A DNA stretch of 64,000 bases from Lama guanicoe (lineage: Eukaryota), in NCBI GenBank assembly GCA_013239625.1, contig MU053557.1, positions 2,820,123 to 2,884,122 on the forward strand, read 5' to 3'. Below are positions 1-13,546 of the stretch, piece after piece. Position numbers and translations under genes: made by a program. Positions within the stretch are counted from its first letter, which is position 1. Each line of letters begins with the position of its first letter. The notes under the pieces were generated by a model that saw nothing but the letters and a program-made list of their open reading frames with translations, had not been told where the DNA came from and searched no databases.

Positions 1-610
1 CTCCTCTTCAGTGGGACAAGATGGCTAGAGTGGCCTGGAGTTGGGTGTTTCCCTTCCTCCAGGTCAGTGAGGCTCTGATAAAACCCCAGGATGTTAGGCT
101 GTGGTTAACCAGTTCCTCCTGAGGGTAGACCTTGTTAAGAAGAACAGAATATGCTCTGGCATATTTCAGAATGGTTCCTTTTTCCCTTCTCCTGCTGAAA
201 GGACAGGGAATTTTTCTCTGCTTTTTATGGTGAGAACTTTGGTGACCTCCTAGAGGAAAATTTCACAAAATCGTGGACCCCCTATGACCAGGCTCCCTTG
301 GAGTTTTTAAGTCTGAGACTTGTCCACACAGAGCCTCTAGCAATTCATCAGTTACAGTTTAGACTTTCCCACCCTGGCACTGGTTCTCAGAGTGGTTTCC
401 ACTTGTGAGTCTCTGCTCTGCTAAGTCAAGACTCCCTGTATTCATCTGCCTATCTCTCCATTAAGGGCAGCAATTTACACCGTGTCCTCCCCTCTCCCAC
501 AGATCTAAGAAGAGTCATTGATTTTTTTCAGTCTGTTCAGTTTTGTATTTACTGTTATGGTGGAATGGCAACTTCCAAGCTCCTTACTGTGGGACTGGAA
601 ACTGAAAGTC
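1..610 (-). mobile_element. Ancient LINE-1 (L1MC/L1MD-type) 5' UTR end, running off the window edge
   Basis: Resembles the recalled antisense L1MC/MD 5'-end consensus (gatggctagag..ggagttgggt..; gatctaagaagagt..gattttttcagt; acttccaagctccttac..ggaaactgaaagtc). Confidence 0.7.
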
Positions 611-859
611 TTAACTTTTGTTGGACACAACATCAAACTTAAGAAAAAAGGTTTATGTGTTACCATGTATAAGGGAAATGAGGAGCAGTTGTCAGTGTGG
701 GTGGGCTCCGGAGACAGAAAGCTGTGTTTGTAGTTTGGCTTTGCCATTCATAAGAATTATATTTGTGTCTCTAAGCCTTAGTTCTTGTATCTGTAAAATG
801 GAGGCGGTAACTATATCACAGTTTGGAATATCTAGCATAACAAACACTCCCACCGTTTT

Positions 860-1270
860 TTAAACTAGACAGCAGTCTGAATGCCTACGATCTACCAGGT
901 GTTATCCTAGATGCTGGAGATGCCAAAGCAGAAACTGGCCCCTGGCCTCATGGAGCTGATGTTCTATAGGCAAGAGACAGATTAGAAACATGTAAACTAG
1001 TAAGTGATCATTTTATCATTTTCTAATAGTGATAGTAGTATGAAGAAAGTAAATCAGGATGATGTGATAGAGAGGGATAGAGGGCTGCCTTAGATTGGAT
1101 AGCCCAGAACAGGGGACACCTGCACTGAGAGCTGAACAGCGAGCACCCAGCCAAGCCACAATCTTTCTGGAATAAAACAGCACCACAGCAGAGGGAAGAA
1201 CAAGGACAGAGGTGTAAAGGCAGAAGTAAGTTTGGCTCAGTCAGGATTGGATGAAAAGTCCACGTGGCTG
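860..1270 (-). mobile_element. LINE-2 3' fragment (short MIR piece at ~750-830 just upstream)
   Basis: L2 motifs: tgaatgcctac..ccaggtg..ctagatgctggaga, cctcatggagctgatgttcta, ctgagagctgaa. Confidence 0.65.
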
Positions 1271-4200
1271 ATCATGAGAAGCACAGGAGAGAAACAGCAC
1301 CTATACAGCTTTCAATGACAGTAACATCTCTGGACCCTTCGTTGAGGGGTGACCTCTCAATTTATCATCCTTTTTTGGGAGGAATGGGAAGGAGAGTGGT
1401 CCTAGAGAGATTCTAACAGTAACCCAGTGGTCTGGGGAGGAAGGCGGATGCAATTATCAGAGCCCTGGTATTCAGGGGGATGGGACCAGCCTGTTTTGAG
1501 TAGGTTTCCAGGTTGGGGTGGTGACCATTGCTCTCCACCACCCACCAAAAAGGGCAGTGGGGTTAGGTGGATATGAATAATCAACCTAGAGGATAAAAGA
1601 ATATGAATTAAAAACTCAGAAGAAAAGGTCCATATACCTGGGTGTTAATGACACTGTGGTTCCCCTGACCTCTAGTGCTCTCATTTTTGTCAAAGCCTAC
1701 ACTCATTTCTCTTAGTCAACACGTTTGCCTAAAAATTCTCTTCTGTGTATTCTTTCTCCACCTCCCTCTTTTTGGAGGATGGAGACATGTCTCTTGGGTC
1801 TAAACTAAATATCCAAGAAAATGCTCAGCAAACACTACATGCTATTACTTTTGACTCATAAAAGCTCAATTACTCATCATACCATAATTAAGTCCTTCTC
1901 CAGACACAAAACCCTCCGCACATGCCCAGTGAATATAAATTTTCACTGGTGTTCATTTGACCCTGTCAAAATAGCCTGAAAATTCTGTCCCTCTGGTGCC
2001 AAGGATAATTTTTTTAGCGCTCTTTTCCATAACAATAGTTGAAAGGAGGAGAAAATGATATCTCTGTAACTCAAACCAGATCCTTGTGCAATAACACACA
2101 GGCAAGCGGCAACGTGATGAAGTTGTTTAACGTGGGCGTGCTTTTGTTCCTCAACTTCATGTTTCTGAAGGCAGACCCGACCTGTTTGTTATTCTTCAGC
2201 TCCACAATGGGAAAGGGAGGTGAGAGGATAGCTGACCTCCCTGCAGCTTCGGACAAGATTTCTTAACAAGAATGCTTCTTCGCAACAGGCCTCCTTTGGA
2301 AATGTTCAGAAATACTCTCGCTCATCTCTCCTTTATAAATAGGCAGCATTTCTCAACTCATCTCAGTCCAGTCAAGGGTACCTAATGGCATCAACTCAAA
2401 GATTCAGGGTTTGTTGGCCTTGTAGGGATTTGACCCAGATGTCATCTTCCTTCTTTCTTAAGTTCTTGGCTTCTGAGGCATTTCGTTATTCTTAGCAACT
2501 CTAGCACAGGGTTGGTATAGGAGAGAAAGTTCAGACCACTTCTAGCTCTACATTAGCAAGCATGAGGAAAGTCTGGCTGGGTGGTAAAAAAGTTTGAAAT
2601 TGTCCAAAGTGAGGTCTGAGGATTCTCTGTAGGTTTTCATTCTACTCATCTTGTCTTGTTTTATCAGGAATAATTGAACACTGACTACAGATTATCTTAA
2701 TTGCTGACTAATAAAGAAGTTACTTGCTCAGATCTTCAGTGTAGACCATCATGGAAGATGACTTGTGTATGTGATTGCACACGTGGGCACACCTGTGTGT
2801 ATGCATTTGTTCATGGGTGTGCACACACGTGTGAGTTTTGTTTCTTTTTAATGTGGGTATAAATGGATTAATCTAAACTCTTTTCTACAACCTCCAGCAG
2901 CTCATCCAGCTCTGGTTGTTAGCAACAATCTTGTATATATCCCACCATTCTCCCCAAGGCATCAGGAGAGTCCCAAACTCTTTGGACCTTCCTCAGTATG
3001 TCTGTGCTTAATTATTTAGACTGGCTCAACCCACTCACTCTGGAACTATTCACACCATGTCACTCCATTTCTTTTTTTCTTATTTATTTCACAATCATTT
3101 CAAGGGAATCAGGATTCTTAAATTCAAATCCTTTTGTGTTTTAGAGCTTGTCAAGCGAACAGCCCACCCATCAATGTTCTATCCTAGTTTTAAGGGATCG
3201 GTAAATACCTAAGATCAAACCTTTGGACAACAGATGCCACAAAGAGAGTGAAGAGTCCAGCGGTCCAGGTGGCTACATCCTTTCCTCCAGTTGAGGTCTT
3301 CTATATTAGCATCACATTTGTGATCGTGATACACAAGGTCACAGAGCAGCGAGAAAAGGAAAACTAACCACCCAGGACATGCCAAGAGATGCCTCCTGAT
3401 GAGGTGTGACAAGAGAAAAGCCTTGAGGAGGAGGGAAGGGAGAGAAAGTGAAATCCATCAGAGATATTATAGCTGTGCAGGTACGAAAGCAGCCCTGAGC
3501 ATCTGAAGGACAGTCTATGAAATGATGTTTCTTTACCTGTAACAGCATTAAGCATGCTAAAATGTCCATGTGGGAATTAGAGTGTATGCTATTTTAATTA
3601 AAGCTAATTGTATTCTATGTTGGAGTTGTTAACTAATTCTGTTGCTCTCTGAAAAACTCCAATATTAAAAAAAAAATAGCCTTTGCTTCAGCAGCTGAGA
3701 TTTCAAGTAAAAGGGACTGGAAAATAATCCCATGTGTTTCCAGTTGGTTGAATTGTTTGCTTGTAAAGTTATTTCCTAAGATTTTTTTTCAATTAACATA
3801 TTAGATCCTTGAGGAGTATGCTGGATAAATGCCCAAGTTGCTCTTTGCTTAAGTAGAAAAGCACAAAGACTCTGTTCTGGGAACCCAATCCTCTGATTAG
3901 TGAGCAGGTCAGACCTCACCTTAATTATTTCTTTTAAAAATCAAAAGACTTTTCATGATTATTTGAGAGAGTATTTTTTTTTCCATTCTCTATCAGATAA
4001 GCATTTTGGGTATGGTTACTGATTCTTGGGTAAAATTGAAAGAAAAAACCAAACCTATTATCAACCATACTTGTGATGGTATTAGTGATTGCTTTGTTTT
4101 GTTCTGAAATTTCTACTTCAGGCAGAGTTCCAAGCATCCAGATAGAAGCAAAATGAAACATGTAAACTAGGAGCATGTGGCTTATTGTGACAAATAGACC

Positions 4201-4589
4201 CTATGAAGAGTTAGAAGAGGTAACGTTTTACAAGTGAGGGGGAAAAAATGTGTGTACGTGTGTGGGGGTGACTAGGGGTAATTTTGGCCTCAAAGAATGT
4301 GTGTATGTACAACTCTTCTAGGTTTCACTGCAGCTCAAATTTTAAAGCCAAATATTTGAAACTTAGATCTTACATCAAAGCTGAAAGAGAAATCAGAGAA
4401 GAGAACACACATTTTTTTGAGTCAGAGGTGTTGTTAAGGTGAACCAGGTCTCTAAGTGGTAATGTCTGTCAACAGGCAGGGCTGGCCTGGATTCAGAATG
4501 ATGGAGACGGAGAGACTTGCCTTTGGTTTTGAAAAAACAGATGAGAAGTCATCACTCTCTCACTGCCACACATTCCTACTTTACCAGTT

Positions 4590-5030
4590 ACTGTTGATTC
4601 GTTTATGCATTTATTATGTGTTGAATGTCTACCAGATATGGGGCACTAAAGACATGACAGTAAGCCAGATAGACTTACACTCAGTCCTTACAGTCTAATG
4701 AAGGATGCAGACAGTTACACCAGACTTAACTACGTTGCATGATTCACGCTAATATGGGGAAGGGCTGTACCTCTGGGAGCACTTAGTAGGCCCATGAACA
4801 ATATTTGGGGATGGTGTTGAGCTGTCAGGAAATAAATTCTCTGAGGATGTGGCATTTCAGCTGAGGCCCCAGAAGTGTGAGCCAGGTAAGGGAGAAGAGG
4901 GGAAAAAATGTTCTAATGGTGTGTTGCTGGAACTAAAAGAAGTTTGGTACAGCTTAGGTATAAAGTTTGCAAAAGGATGGAAGAAAATATGGCTGGAGGA
5001 CTGAGAAAATCTTAAGAGTCATGCAGAGTT
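4590..5030 (-). mobile_element. LINE-2 fragment
   Basis: ttgaatgtctaccag..gggcactaaagac..cttacagtctaatg..gtggcatttcagctgag. Confidence 0.55.
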
Positions 5031-5049
5031 GAGACCTGACTTCTGAGGT

Positions 5050-5260
5050 CTACATAGGCTTAGAATCAGATAGAGCTAGGCTTGACTCAGAGTTCTTATC
5101 TTTCCCATCAGCTTGGACAAGTGACTTCACTTCACAGCCTCATTTTTCTTATCTATATAATAGGGATATATCGACTTCATACAATTGCTTGGAAAATTAA
5201 ATGATGGAACATGTCTCCACCTGGCAGATCAGAGCAGTCAATAAATGGGAGCTATTGCTG
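5050..5260 (+). mobile_element. MIR SINE
   Basis: MIR core: ttggacaagtgacttcacttc..agcctcatttttcttatctatataatagggata. Confidence 0.65.
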
Positions 5261-5689
5261 TTATGGCCATGAATGGCATTCTTATGAGGAATAACATCTC
5301 AGAGAAAGTAAACTCTCTTGTCATCATTTTGGGCATCAGCAAAGCTAGATGTGTTGACATTTTGGGGTGGGGTAACTTCCCGATAAGACTTAGTTACTTG
5401 TTCTTTATGAGAGATTAATTTTACCTTTAGTTCCAAGAGAGCAAAGATTCCCCAATATAAGCAGTGAAGTCACTCAACAGAATATCACTGTAGGCATTAT
5501 GTCCATCCACCATTATACTCATTGTCTTGGTCATTCACGCTGCTTAATAAGACCCTCAATCTACCATCACATCCCCCTCTGAGTGGACATGGGAAGTAAG
5601 TGAAATAAACCAATGACCCTATACAAGCATTCCCAATACGTGATAGTTTCTTTTTGTTATCAGCCTTAAGACTCCTGGTAAGTAGGAAA

Positions 5690-6224
5690 AAATAGCCAAG
5701 ACATGCAAGCAGCCTAAATGTTCATCAAAGACGAATGGATAAAGAAATTGTGGTGTGTCTATATATATACACAATGGAATACTACTCAGCCATAAAAAGA
5801 ATGAAACAATTCTATCTGCAGCAACATGGATGGACCTAGAGATTATCATACTAAGTGAAGCAAGTCAAAAAGAGAAAGACAAATACCATAGGATATCACT
5901 TATATGTGGAATCTAAAACATGAAACAAATGAACTTGTTTACAAAACAGAAACAGAGTCCACAGACATAGAAAACAAACTTATGGTTACCAAAGGGCAAA
6001 GGTGGGGAGGGAAAATTCAGAGTTTGGAATTAGCAGATATAAACTACCACATATAAAATGGATAAACAACAAGGTCCTACTGTATAGCACAGGGAATTAT
6101 ATTCAATAGCTTGTCATAACCCATAATGAAAAAGAATCTAAAAAAGAATATATACAAAGAATCACTTTGCAGTACACCAGAAACTAATACAATGTTGTAA
6201 ATCAACTATACTTCAATTAAAAAA
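5690..6224 (+). mobile_element. Cetartiodactyl-type LINE-1 3' end (ORF2 tail, 3' UTR, A tail)
   Basis: aatagccaagacatg..caatggaatactactcagccataaaaagaatgaa..aacaacaaggtcctactgtatagcacagggaa..tgtaaatcaactatacttcaattaaaaaa. Confidence 0.9.
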
Positions 6225-6464
6225 CCCAGCCCTAGACAGTTATTACTATGAATGGTTTCGAAAAGAAAGATGGGTCTATTGAGATTCTCACAGTCATTTC
6301 CATTGCTTTTCACATCACTAGGCTCAACAAAACCTCTCTCTATCGATAGGAGGGCGCTCACAGAGGGAACAAGCTTTCCTGAACCAAAAGAAGAAGTCTG
6401 TTGTCTCATTTGTTTAGCCCCAAAGACCACGGGCTTGGTTTTTCTGTAGGAGCGCCGTGAACTT

Positions 6465-7050
6465 GCAGTACTGAGCATTTATTCTATGCCAGGTACCCAG
6501 GATCACAGAGATAAAGGACACACTTCATGCCCTCCTAAAGGCCATTGGTTGCCGTGGGAGACAGATAGCCAGTAAGTTAGCATTTTTTTCAGTGTTTTCC
6601 AATGGCCAGTGCCTGGGCTAAGTGATTTATATATTTTATTAGAGTTGATACTCTAAACAACTTTTTGTACTAGGCACTGTTAATTTCAATTTGCAGGTAA
6701 GAAAATTGAGATTTAAGAGTGGTACCTAGCAACCTGCCCAAGGATAGACAGGTTAAGATGTGGCAGAGCTGGAACTGAGCAGAGGCTATCTTATCTCAGA
6801 GCCCTGTGTTTGAGTGCTAGGCCACCCCACTCCCCGATTCCTGATGGCGTGTAAGGAGCTTACTATGACGTGTGGTGTCGAGCGTACTAACTACAGTGGA
6901 ACCAATGTTGACAGAAGGCAGAGAGAGAGGAGAGGAGCGATGGAGCAATTTCCCAAGGTGGGTGCCCTCTGCATGGAGTTTTGAGGGCCGAGCAGGAGTT
7001 GGCCAGGTGAGAAATGTGAGGAAAGGAGCCACTCTCTGAGTGAGAGTGAG
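6465..7050 (-). mobile_element. L2 fragment interrupted by a MIR (~6600-6815)
   Basis: L2 ctgagcattta..tgccaggtac at ~6470, resuming near 6850; MIR antisense gaaaattgagattt..ctgcccaagga..ggcagagctgg in between. Confidence 0.55.
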
Positions 7051-7472
7051 CACCATTTCAACCTCCTTCAAGAAGAGGATGACTTTAAGGAGACACTCAG
7101 AAGAGCTCTCAGTTATCTGCATCAAATAAAGGCCACGCATGGAACAGATGCTCTAAAATTCATGTCTCTCTGGCTTCTGTATAGATAATGTTTTTATTTA
7201 TTTCTATCCTGCCTTGTTCCACCAAGGTTTTGAGATAAAATTCATTTCATGGTTTTTATGCAGTGACCTTCCTAATTAAGCTTTTCTCAACACTGTCATG
7301 TTCATCTTTGTATTCCCTGAGCCATATGCACAGCGACTTGAATAAAAGTTGAATTGAATTTACATACTTTGAGCACACTGAAAGTAGTTAGCAAGGGCAA
7401 CTGGTCCCAGAAGCTTGGTGGGTGGCAAGGAAAGCTGGCCCAAAACCTAAAAAAAAAAATCTCTTAGGTTGA

Positions 7473-7680
7473 GTATCGTATTTCACTGAATCTTAAGATG
7501 CCCCTGATTAGAGGGCATACTGTTACTTTATGGGCTACTAAGACAGAAAAACAAAAACAAAAACAAAAACACCCCAGCAAATTAATACAATGTTAAGTCA
7601 CTATCTATTGTAAGATGCAATCTGATTTCAGATATGTTAAATACGAAAGATGTGTGTCTTTAATGAGAGGATTTACGGTG
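7473..7680. mobile_element. MER104/Kanga-like TcMar-Tc2 MITE
   Basis: Degenerate terminal inverted repeats tatcgtatttcactgaatcttaagatg ... gtgtctttaatgagaggatttacggtg; internal aagatgcaatctgatttcagatatgttaaa. Confidence 0.6.
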
Positions 7681-7809
7681 ATGATACCCACCTCTCCACA
7701 ATCTCAAATAGAAATTCTAAAAATTCATGATACTTTGATTGAAAGTGAGAGGAAATGAAAATTTTATGCCTTTCTAGGTTGTGATTTGTCTAACAGTCCA
7801 CATCTTAAA

Positions 7810-8240
7810 GATTCTGGAAATACTTTGATTCAGCAATTGTACCTCTAAGAATTGAACTTAAGGAAATAAACGTAACAGTTCATATGGAAGTCATCAAAGA
7901 ATTATTTATAGTCACAAAAACTAAAGAAGAAATAACCTAACATCAAATATATATATATATATGAAATATACTAGAGTTATATAATAGATTAAAATGACAG
8001 AGAAATATTTAAATGGTGAAACACTTTATATATCAGGTAATAAAGTTTTGAAAATCAGGTAATATATGTTGTAAGACAAAGTTACTGCTGTGAAAGAAAA
8101 ATCCACTTACATTTCATATTTACATAGGAATAAAGTCTTAAATGACACATACCAAAATGTTTACAGGAGCTGTCTGGTTAAGGGATTTTAGTTAATCTTT
8201 TTCTTTTCTCTATGTTCTAATTTTTCAAAAATTGGGAAAC
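7810..8240 (+). mobile_element. Highly decayed L1ME-type 3' fragment
   Basis: tactttgattcagcaattgtacctctaagaatt..aaggaaataa; acataccaaaatgtttacag. Confidence 0.45.
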
Positions 8241-9379
8241 CAAATACTAGTTAGACTTTTAAGTAAACAATATGGAAGTAGATAACGAAAAATTAACCAT
8301 CTTGACTTAGAAACTTCATTTTCTGTGGTATAGACTCTGGAATCTTTCTCATTTCCTAAATGAGCCTGGCTGGGCTGGTTCCAAACAAAGCTAAAGCCCT
8401 GTTTAAAAGGTGTCGGAAAGGCTGTTTGATTCCTAATATGAAATACAACTTCATCCCCTGGGGTTTTCCCTCAAAAGCCGATACCAAACATGAGAAAATA
8501 AATACTGCAGAACCACAAGTAGGCAACGGGTCTGGGAACTCCAACTCTGCGATGTCATCTTAGTCTGAGGCAGAGTGTAAGGCCCTGAGCTCAGGCAAGG
8601 CACATTCCAGGTCCTACAACGGGGAGGGAGGGCGGTGATTAGAAGCCAAGGTTAAGCCTCAAGTTTTACCATGGCTAAAAAGGAAAATCCTCTGGATCTG
8701 TCTCTAAGCACCACACCTGCTACAAATGCACAGTTTTTGGCAAGTCGCTTATAATTCTTCATAAATGAGGTCATTTCTTGAGAGATAAAGCCTTGGTGGC
8801 CTAGACCCCACTTTAAGGATAAAGTGCTATACTAGATTGTACCTCTTTATATAGTGAACTGGTCTTCCCGGAGTTAACAGGAGGTATTTTTTTTCTTAAA
8901 TGGCCAATCATAGACTTCCTGCTTGAATAGGCAAGCCCCAAAACATGCACTCTACTTGTATATTTTATCCTCAACCTCACAAGTTGCCTTTTGGTATATT
9001 GTTTCAATATAGCTTTATATTGATTTATAGTTTGTTCTAAAAAAAAAAGCTGTTCTTTATACTTTAAAACATTATATATCTAACTCTTCCTTAATTCAAA
9101 GCTCAGTTTATATAAAAATTTTATTTTGCTATCAATTTTTATTTACTTGTTTATAAGACTTGGGTTTGTCATTTCGTTTGTCAGCTCTGCAAGTTTTGAT
9201 CCATTTGAAATCTATGTAACAATCATCTATCTTTCTTTTGCATACTAAATTTCTTTTGGACAGTTGTAACCAAAAGAATAAAATATTTCAAATGACATGG
9301 AAACCTAGGTCAAGGGGAGGGGGGTTGGACTGGAGGAATGTTTGGGTGTTTTAGTAGGCATTTGCTATTTATCTTTCTT

Positions 9380-9928
9380 GCATTGCTTTATTCTTCTTCT
9401 GAATAACAGCACCTTCACTTCTTTGGAGAAACTTAAACTTTTCACCCTGCATTGTGTTAATAGGGTTGCCAATCCTAGTGTCTTGGCCTCCTGGCTGCAG
9501 ATCTAGGCCTGGCTAATCAGAGTATTTCATCTACCTGGCCAGGATAACTGACCCAGGTATGGGCACCTAATCCAAACCCAACAATCAGAGAACTTCTCTG
9601 GAATTACACATGGATACTGAGAAAGGAGAATTTTTCTCTTCATGTTCATCTTGGATTTTAAGCCATGGGAACACAAATCTGGAGCCAAATCCTACTTGTT
9701 CTGGCCATGTGGGAGAAGCCCATTAGCAGGAGGGAAAATAAGGCTACCACCCAAAGAGAACCAGCACTGAAAGGGAACAGAGTGATGGACAGGCACATTT
9801 AATGACACATCTAGAGACAGGATGCCACCTCCACCCCTTAATTTTCCAACAAAATCCCTTTCCTGTTTTTGGTATGAGCTTGTTGGAGTTTCTATCATTG
9901 GAAACTGCCCACGTTCTTAACTAATACT
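9380..9928 (+). mobile_element. MaLR LTR (old MLT1K/L-like)
   Basis: aggcctggctaatcagagtattt..gggcacctaatcc..; 3' end ttggagtttctatcattggaaac..cttaactaatac. Confidence 0.6.
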
Positions 9929-10962
9929 TGATCTTCTGACTACCTTCCAAATCACACAAGGTACATAACATATGCTCTTTATGCATATAGAATTGGCTGC
10001 ACTCTGCTGAATTCTTTATCATAAGAGCACACCAATAGTTATAGTTTTATTAAAATAGCATTAGAGTGCAGTTACCCTAAAAAGGCTATGAGTGACTTCA
10101 GTGTTATATCTTCCATAAGCTGCAGGCTGACCACAGAGTTGCGCCTCATCTATTGGTTCCTCCGCCCTTGTGTTCAGACTTTAGTCCTAAACTGGGCACA
10201 TTTATCCACTCCTGATGCAACTAGAGCCTCAATTTTACCTTCCCTGAGATCCAGCAGAGTCAGAGGCATGGGGTGGGTTTCCTAGCACTGTGTCTTCTTG
10301 GTTCTTAAGATGATCAAAGAACACTTAGAAAGAAAATGATTATGCAGCTACATAAGATACAGTAAGATTTTACAGAAATCCAGGCTGACTTTAGAAGGCA
10401 GCTGGAAAACAGGACACTCGCCCTCCCACCCTCTCCTCTCCCAAACAAATGCCATATGTCTGTTCACAATGCATTCTGGCTCACTGCTACATGGTTGACC
10501 TTCGATACTGAAAAGATGCCAAAACTCTTGGGACCTAGTTTTCCCTTCAGCTCATTGTTCCAGTCACATGTAATATGGTTGAGGAAAAAATGGCAATTAT
10601 GATAAGCAGGCCTGCAATTCTTTAAAGCAGTCCATCAATGAGAAAGATCTCTAGATGCTTTGTGGTATTTATTGCGGTTCACAGAAGGAGGCGGCTTTGG
10701 GGGGCCTTGGAAAATAAGGCTTCTGTTACCTGGGATATGTTCAGAACCACTTCAGCGTTTGTGTCATCTGCATCCCATCTAAGAAGTAGGCCATTTCACT
10801 TCCCTTTTCTAAGTACCATGAATTCAATTCCGGATGAGTATATTGGATGCAGAACTGTTAATAGCGGGGTTTGCGATTCCATGTGTGGCGTGGTAACATG
10901 ATATATCTCATTACTACATACAGAGTAAATGGAAACTCCCCTCAAAACACTGAAATGGCTTT

Positions 10963-11388
10963 TATACTGCTTTCCTAGGGGTGCTACAGCAAGGTACCAC
11001 AAACCAGGTGACTTGAAACAAAAGAAATGTACTGTCTCATAGTTCTGGGGGTTAGACATCTCAAATCAAGTTGTAGGTAAGGCTCCCTCTGAAACCTACA
11101 AGGGAAGATCTTTCCTGCTTCTCCTAACTTCTAGTGTTTGCCAACAATCCTTGGCCTTCCTTGGCTTACAGATACATCTGCCTCCATTGTCACATAACTG
11201 TGTTCTTCCTGCGTCTCTCTCTTCTTATAAGGACACCAGTCACACTGGATTAGGATCCACTCTAATTCAGTATGACCTCATTTTAACATGATTATAGCTG
11301 CAAAGATCTTACTTCCAAGTAAGATCACATTCATCACGGGTTAGGACTTCATCATCTCTCCTGGCGGGACACAATTCAATCCATAATA
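10963..11388 (-). mobile_element. MaLR solo LTR (MLT1B/C-like)
   Basis: tttcctaggggtgct..gtaccacaaaccaggtgactt..tcttataaggacaccagtca..ggattagg..gggacacaattcaatccataa. Confidence 0.85.
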
Positions 11389-11567
11389 GCTTTAGTGTTG
11401 CCCCTGATGAGAATATGTGCTTGTTATAAAAATAGTAAAATTGTTAACAGACATATATAAAAAAAAGTAAAAACCATCCAGATTCCTATCACCAAAAATA
11501 ACCATGTTGGCAATCTGGTAAACATCTTTTCAAATGTTTCTCATACAGACCAAGTGGTTTCTTTCTT

Positions 11568-13546
11568 GTTTCTTGAGGAAGGCCTATATTGCCATTAACT
11601 TCCCTCTTAGAACTGCTTTTGCTGCATCCCATAGACTTTGGAAAGTAATGTTTCCATTTTTGTTTGTCTCAAGGTTCTACCTGATTTCCCTCTGTTCCCT
11701 CATTGACTCAATGGTTTTTTAGTGGTACGTTGTTTAGTGTGGGACTCCTATAATGTGAACATTGGCATGCTTGATGTTATCCCAGAGAGCTCTTAAAATG
11801 TTCGCATTTTTTAGTTTGTTTTCCTTTTTGCTGTTCTTATTGGGTGACTTTCATTAGTCTGTCTTCCAGATCACTTATGTATTCTTCTGTCTCACTTAGT
11901 CTCCTATCCCTCCTTCCAGTGTGTTTTTCATTTCGGTTATTGTATATCTTCTGCCTGAACTGGATCTTATACTTTTTAGCTCCTTGTTAAAATTCTCACT
12001 CTGTTCATCTATTCTTTTCCCCAGTTTAGTTAGCATTCTTATTACTAATACTCTGAATTCTTTATCAGGTAAATTGTTTATTTCTGTTTTATTATTTACT
12101 TTTTCTGGGGTTTTCTTTTGCTTTTTTAACTGAGACCAGTTCCTCTGTTTTTTCATTTTGCTTAACTTTCTCTCTTTATGAATTTAGGTGAAACAGTTAT
12201 CTATTGCAGCCTTGAAGTGGTGTCTTTATGTGGGGGTGTCCATATACAGTCTGTGTGTGCCCAGTGCCTTTAGTGGAGGAGCTGGGTTCTATGTGAACAC
12301 AACACATCTTTCCTCAGGGTGTGCTGATAGCTATCACCTTGGTAGAAGATGGGCCTGGAGATGGAGGGGCTTGGACCAGATCCCTAGGCTAGGGAAGGCA
12401 TGAGGTGAGGCTTGCCCCTCCGCTCAGTAGTCATCACTGCCCTCTTAGGGGCAGGGACAGACCCCAAGTTGATGGAGTAGAAACTCTGAGGACCAGGTCT
12501 GAGCTGTCACTCTAAGTGTGTTCTTCCCTCTCCCAGCATCAGTACCCTTGCCCCCAGAGGGGAGCAGTGCTGGAACAAAAGGGTCTGTGTGGGCTCTCAG
12601 CTCATGACAGGGCATGGGCTGCAACCAGCCAGCTATGGACATAGGTCCAGATTGCCTCTGATGCAACGCCTGTGCTAGGGCCATCAGTGGCAGCTACCAC
12701 CTAGTCTGAGTCAAATTGGTCCATCACAGCTGATTACTTCCCCCAGCCTCCACAGTTCCTGCCCTGCTGTGAAGCCACACGGCAGTGCAGGTAGAGCCTG
12801 CGTGGGCTCTCAGCATGTATCACGGCAGGGGATGTGGTGGTCCAGCTGCTGTCAGGGATCAGGACCACCTCTGATGCACTGCCTGTGTAACTGCCAGTAA
12901 TGGCTGCCCTGCTGCACTCAGATGCCACCCCGGGCCCAAGTCACCTCTGTGGCCCACAGCCAAGCTCTCTCCTGGGTTGTGGCTGCCCTAGCTCTGGTGC
13001 AGAGCTGTGAGGTGACTTAAGCGGGGCTGGAGAATTTGCTCAGCTCAGGCTGGGGCATGCACTGAAGTGGTTGTGGGAAACTGGGCAGCCACTGGAGCAG
13101 CCCTCAGTTCGACCTCTCTGCCCTGCCTCTGGAGCAAGCCAGCACTTGCACACTCCTCACAAGCAGAGTCCAGACTTCCCCAGCCCTCCTATTGGTCCCA
13201 GCAACACCCCCCCCTCAGCCTGCCAAGGGAACTCATCTGCCCTGTGCTGGAACCCAGGACTGGGGCGGCCAATATGTGGCTCGAACTGCTCACTCCCCAG
13301 CTTGGGTGTCTGCCTGTGTGATTTCCCTTTTTCTCTGAGTCCCCTCCCAGGGGCACAGGTCCTGACCTGACTGCTTCTCCCCTCTTCCTACCTGATTTCA
13401 TGTGGCTCTTTCTTACAGTCTTGGTTGTATAAGAGCCTTTCCACCAGTTTCCAGTTAGTTTTCAATGAGAATTATTCCACATGTAGATGTTTTCTGGGGA
13501 TGTGAGATCCATAGCCTCCTACTCTACTTACTTGATCGATCCCCGC
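11568..13546 (-). mobile_element. LINE-1 with intact 5' UTR, ORF1 N-terminus and a short ORF2 piece, flanked by an 18-bp TSD
   Basis: GC-richer 5' UTR 12160-13546 ending in an L1 5' terminus; ORF1-like translation; ORF2 antisense (aacttccctcttagaactgcttttgctgcatcccatag) at 11568-11738; direct repeats at 11550-11567 and 13547-13564. Confidence 0.85.
11896..12156 (-). pseudogene. LINE-1 ORF1p N-terminal remnant
   Basis: MKKQRNWSQLK..INNLPDKEFRVLVIRMLTKLGKRIDEQSENFNKEL..ITEMKNTLEG is typical of the mammalian L1 ORF1p N-terminus/coiled coil; premature stop. Confidence 0.85.

Noticed and set aside
12500..13400. GC-rich segment as a host CpG-island promoter
   Set aside because: It is the CpG-depleted 5' UTR of the L1 at 11568-13546
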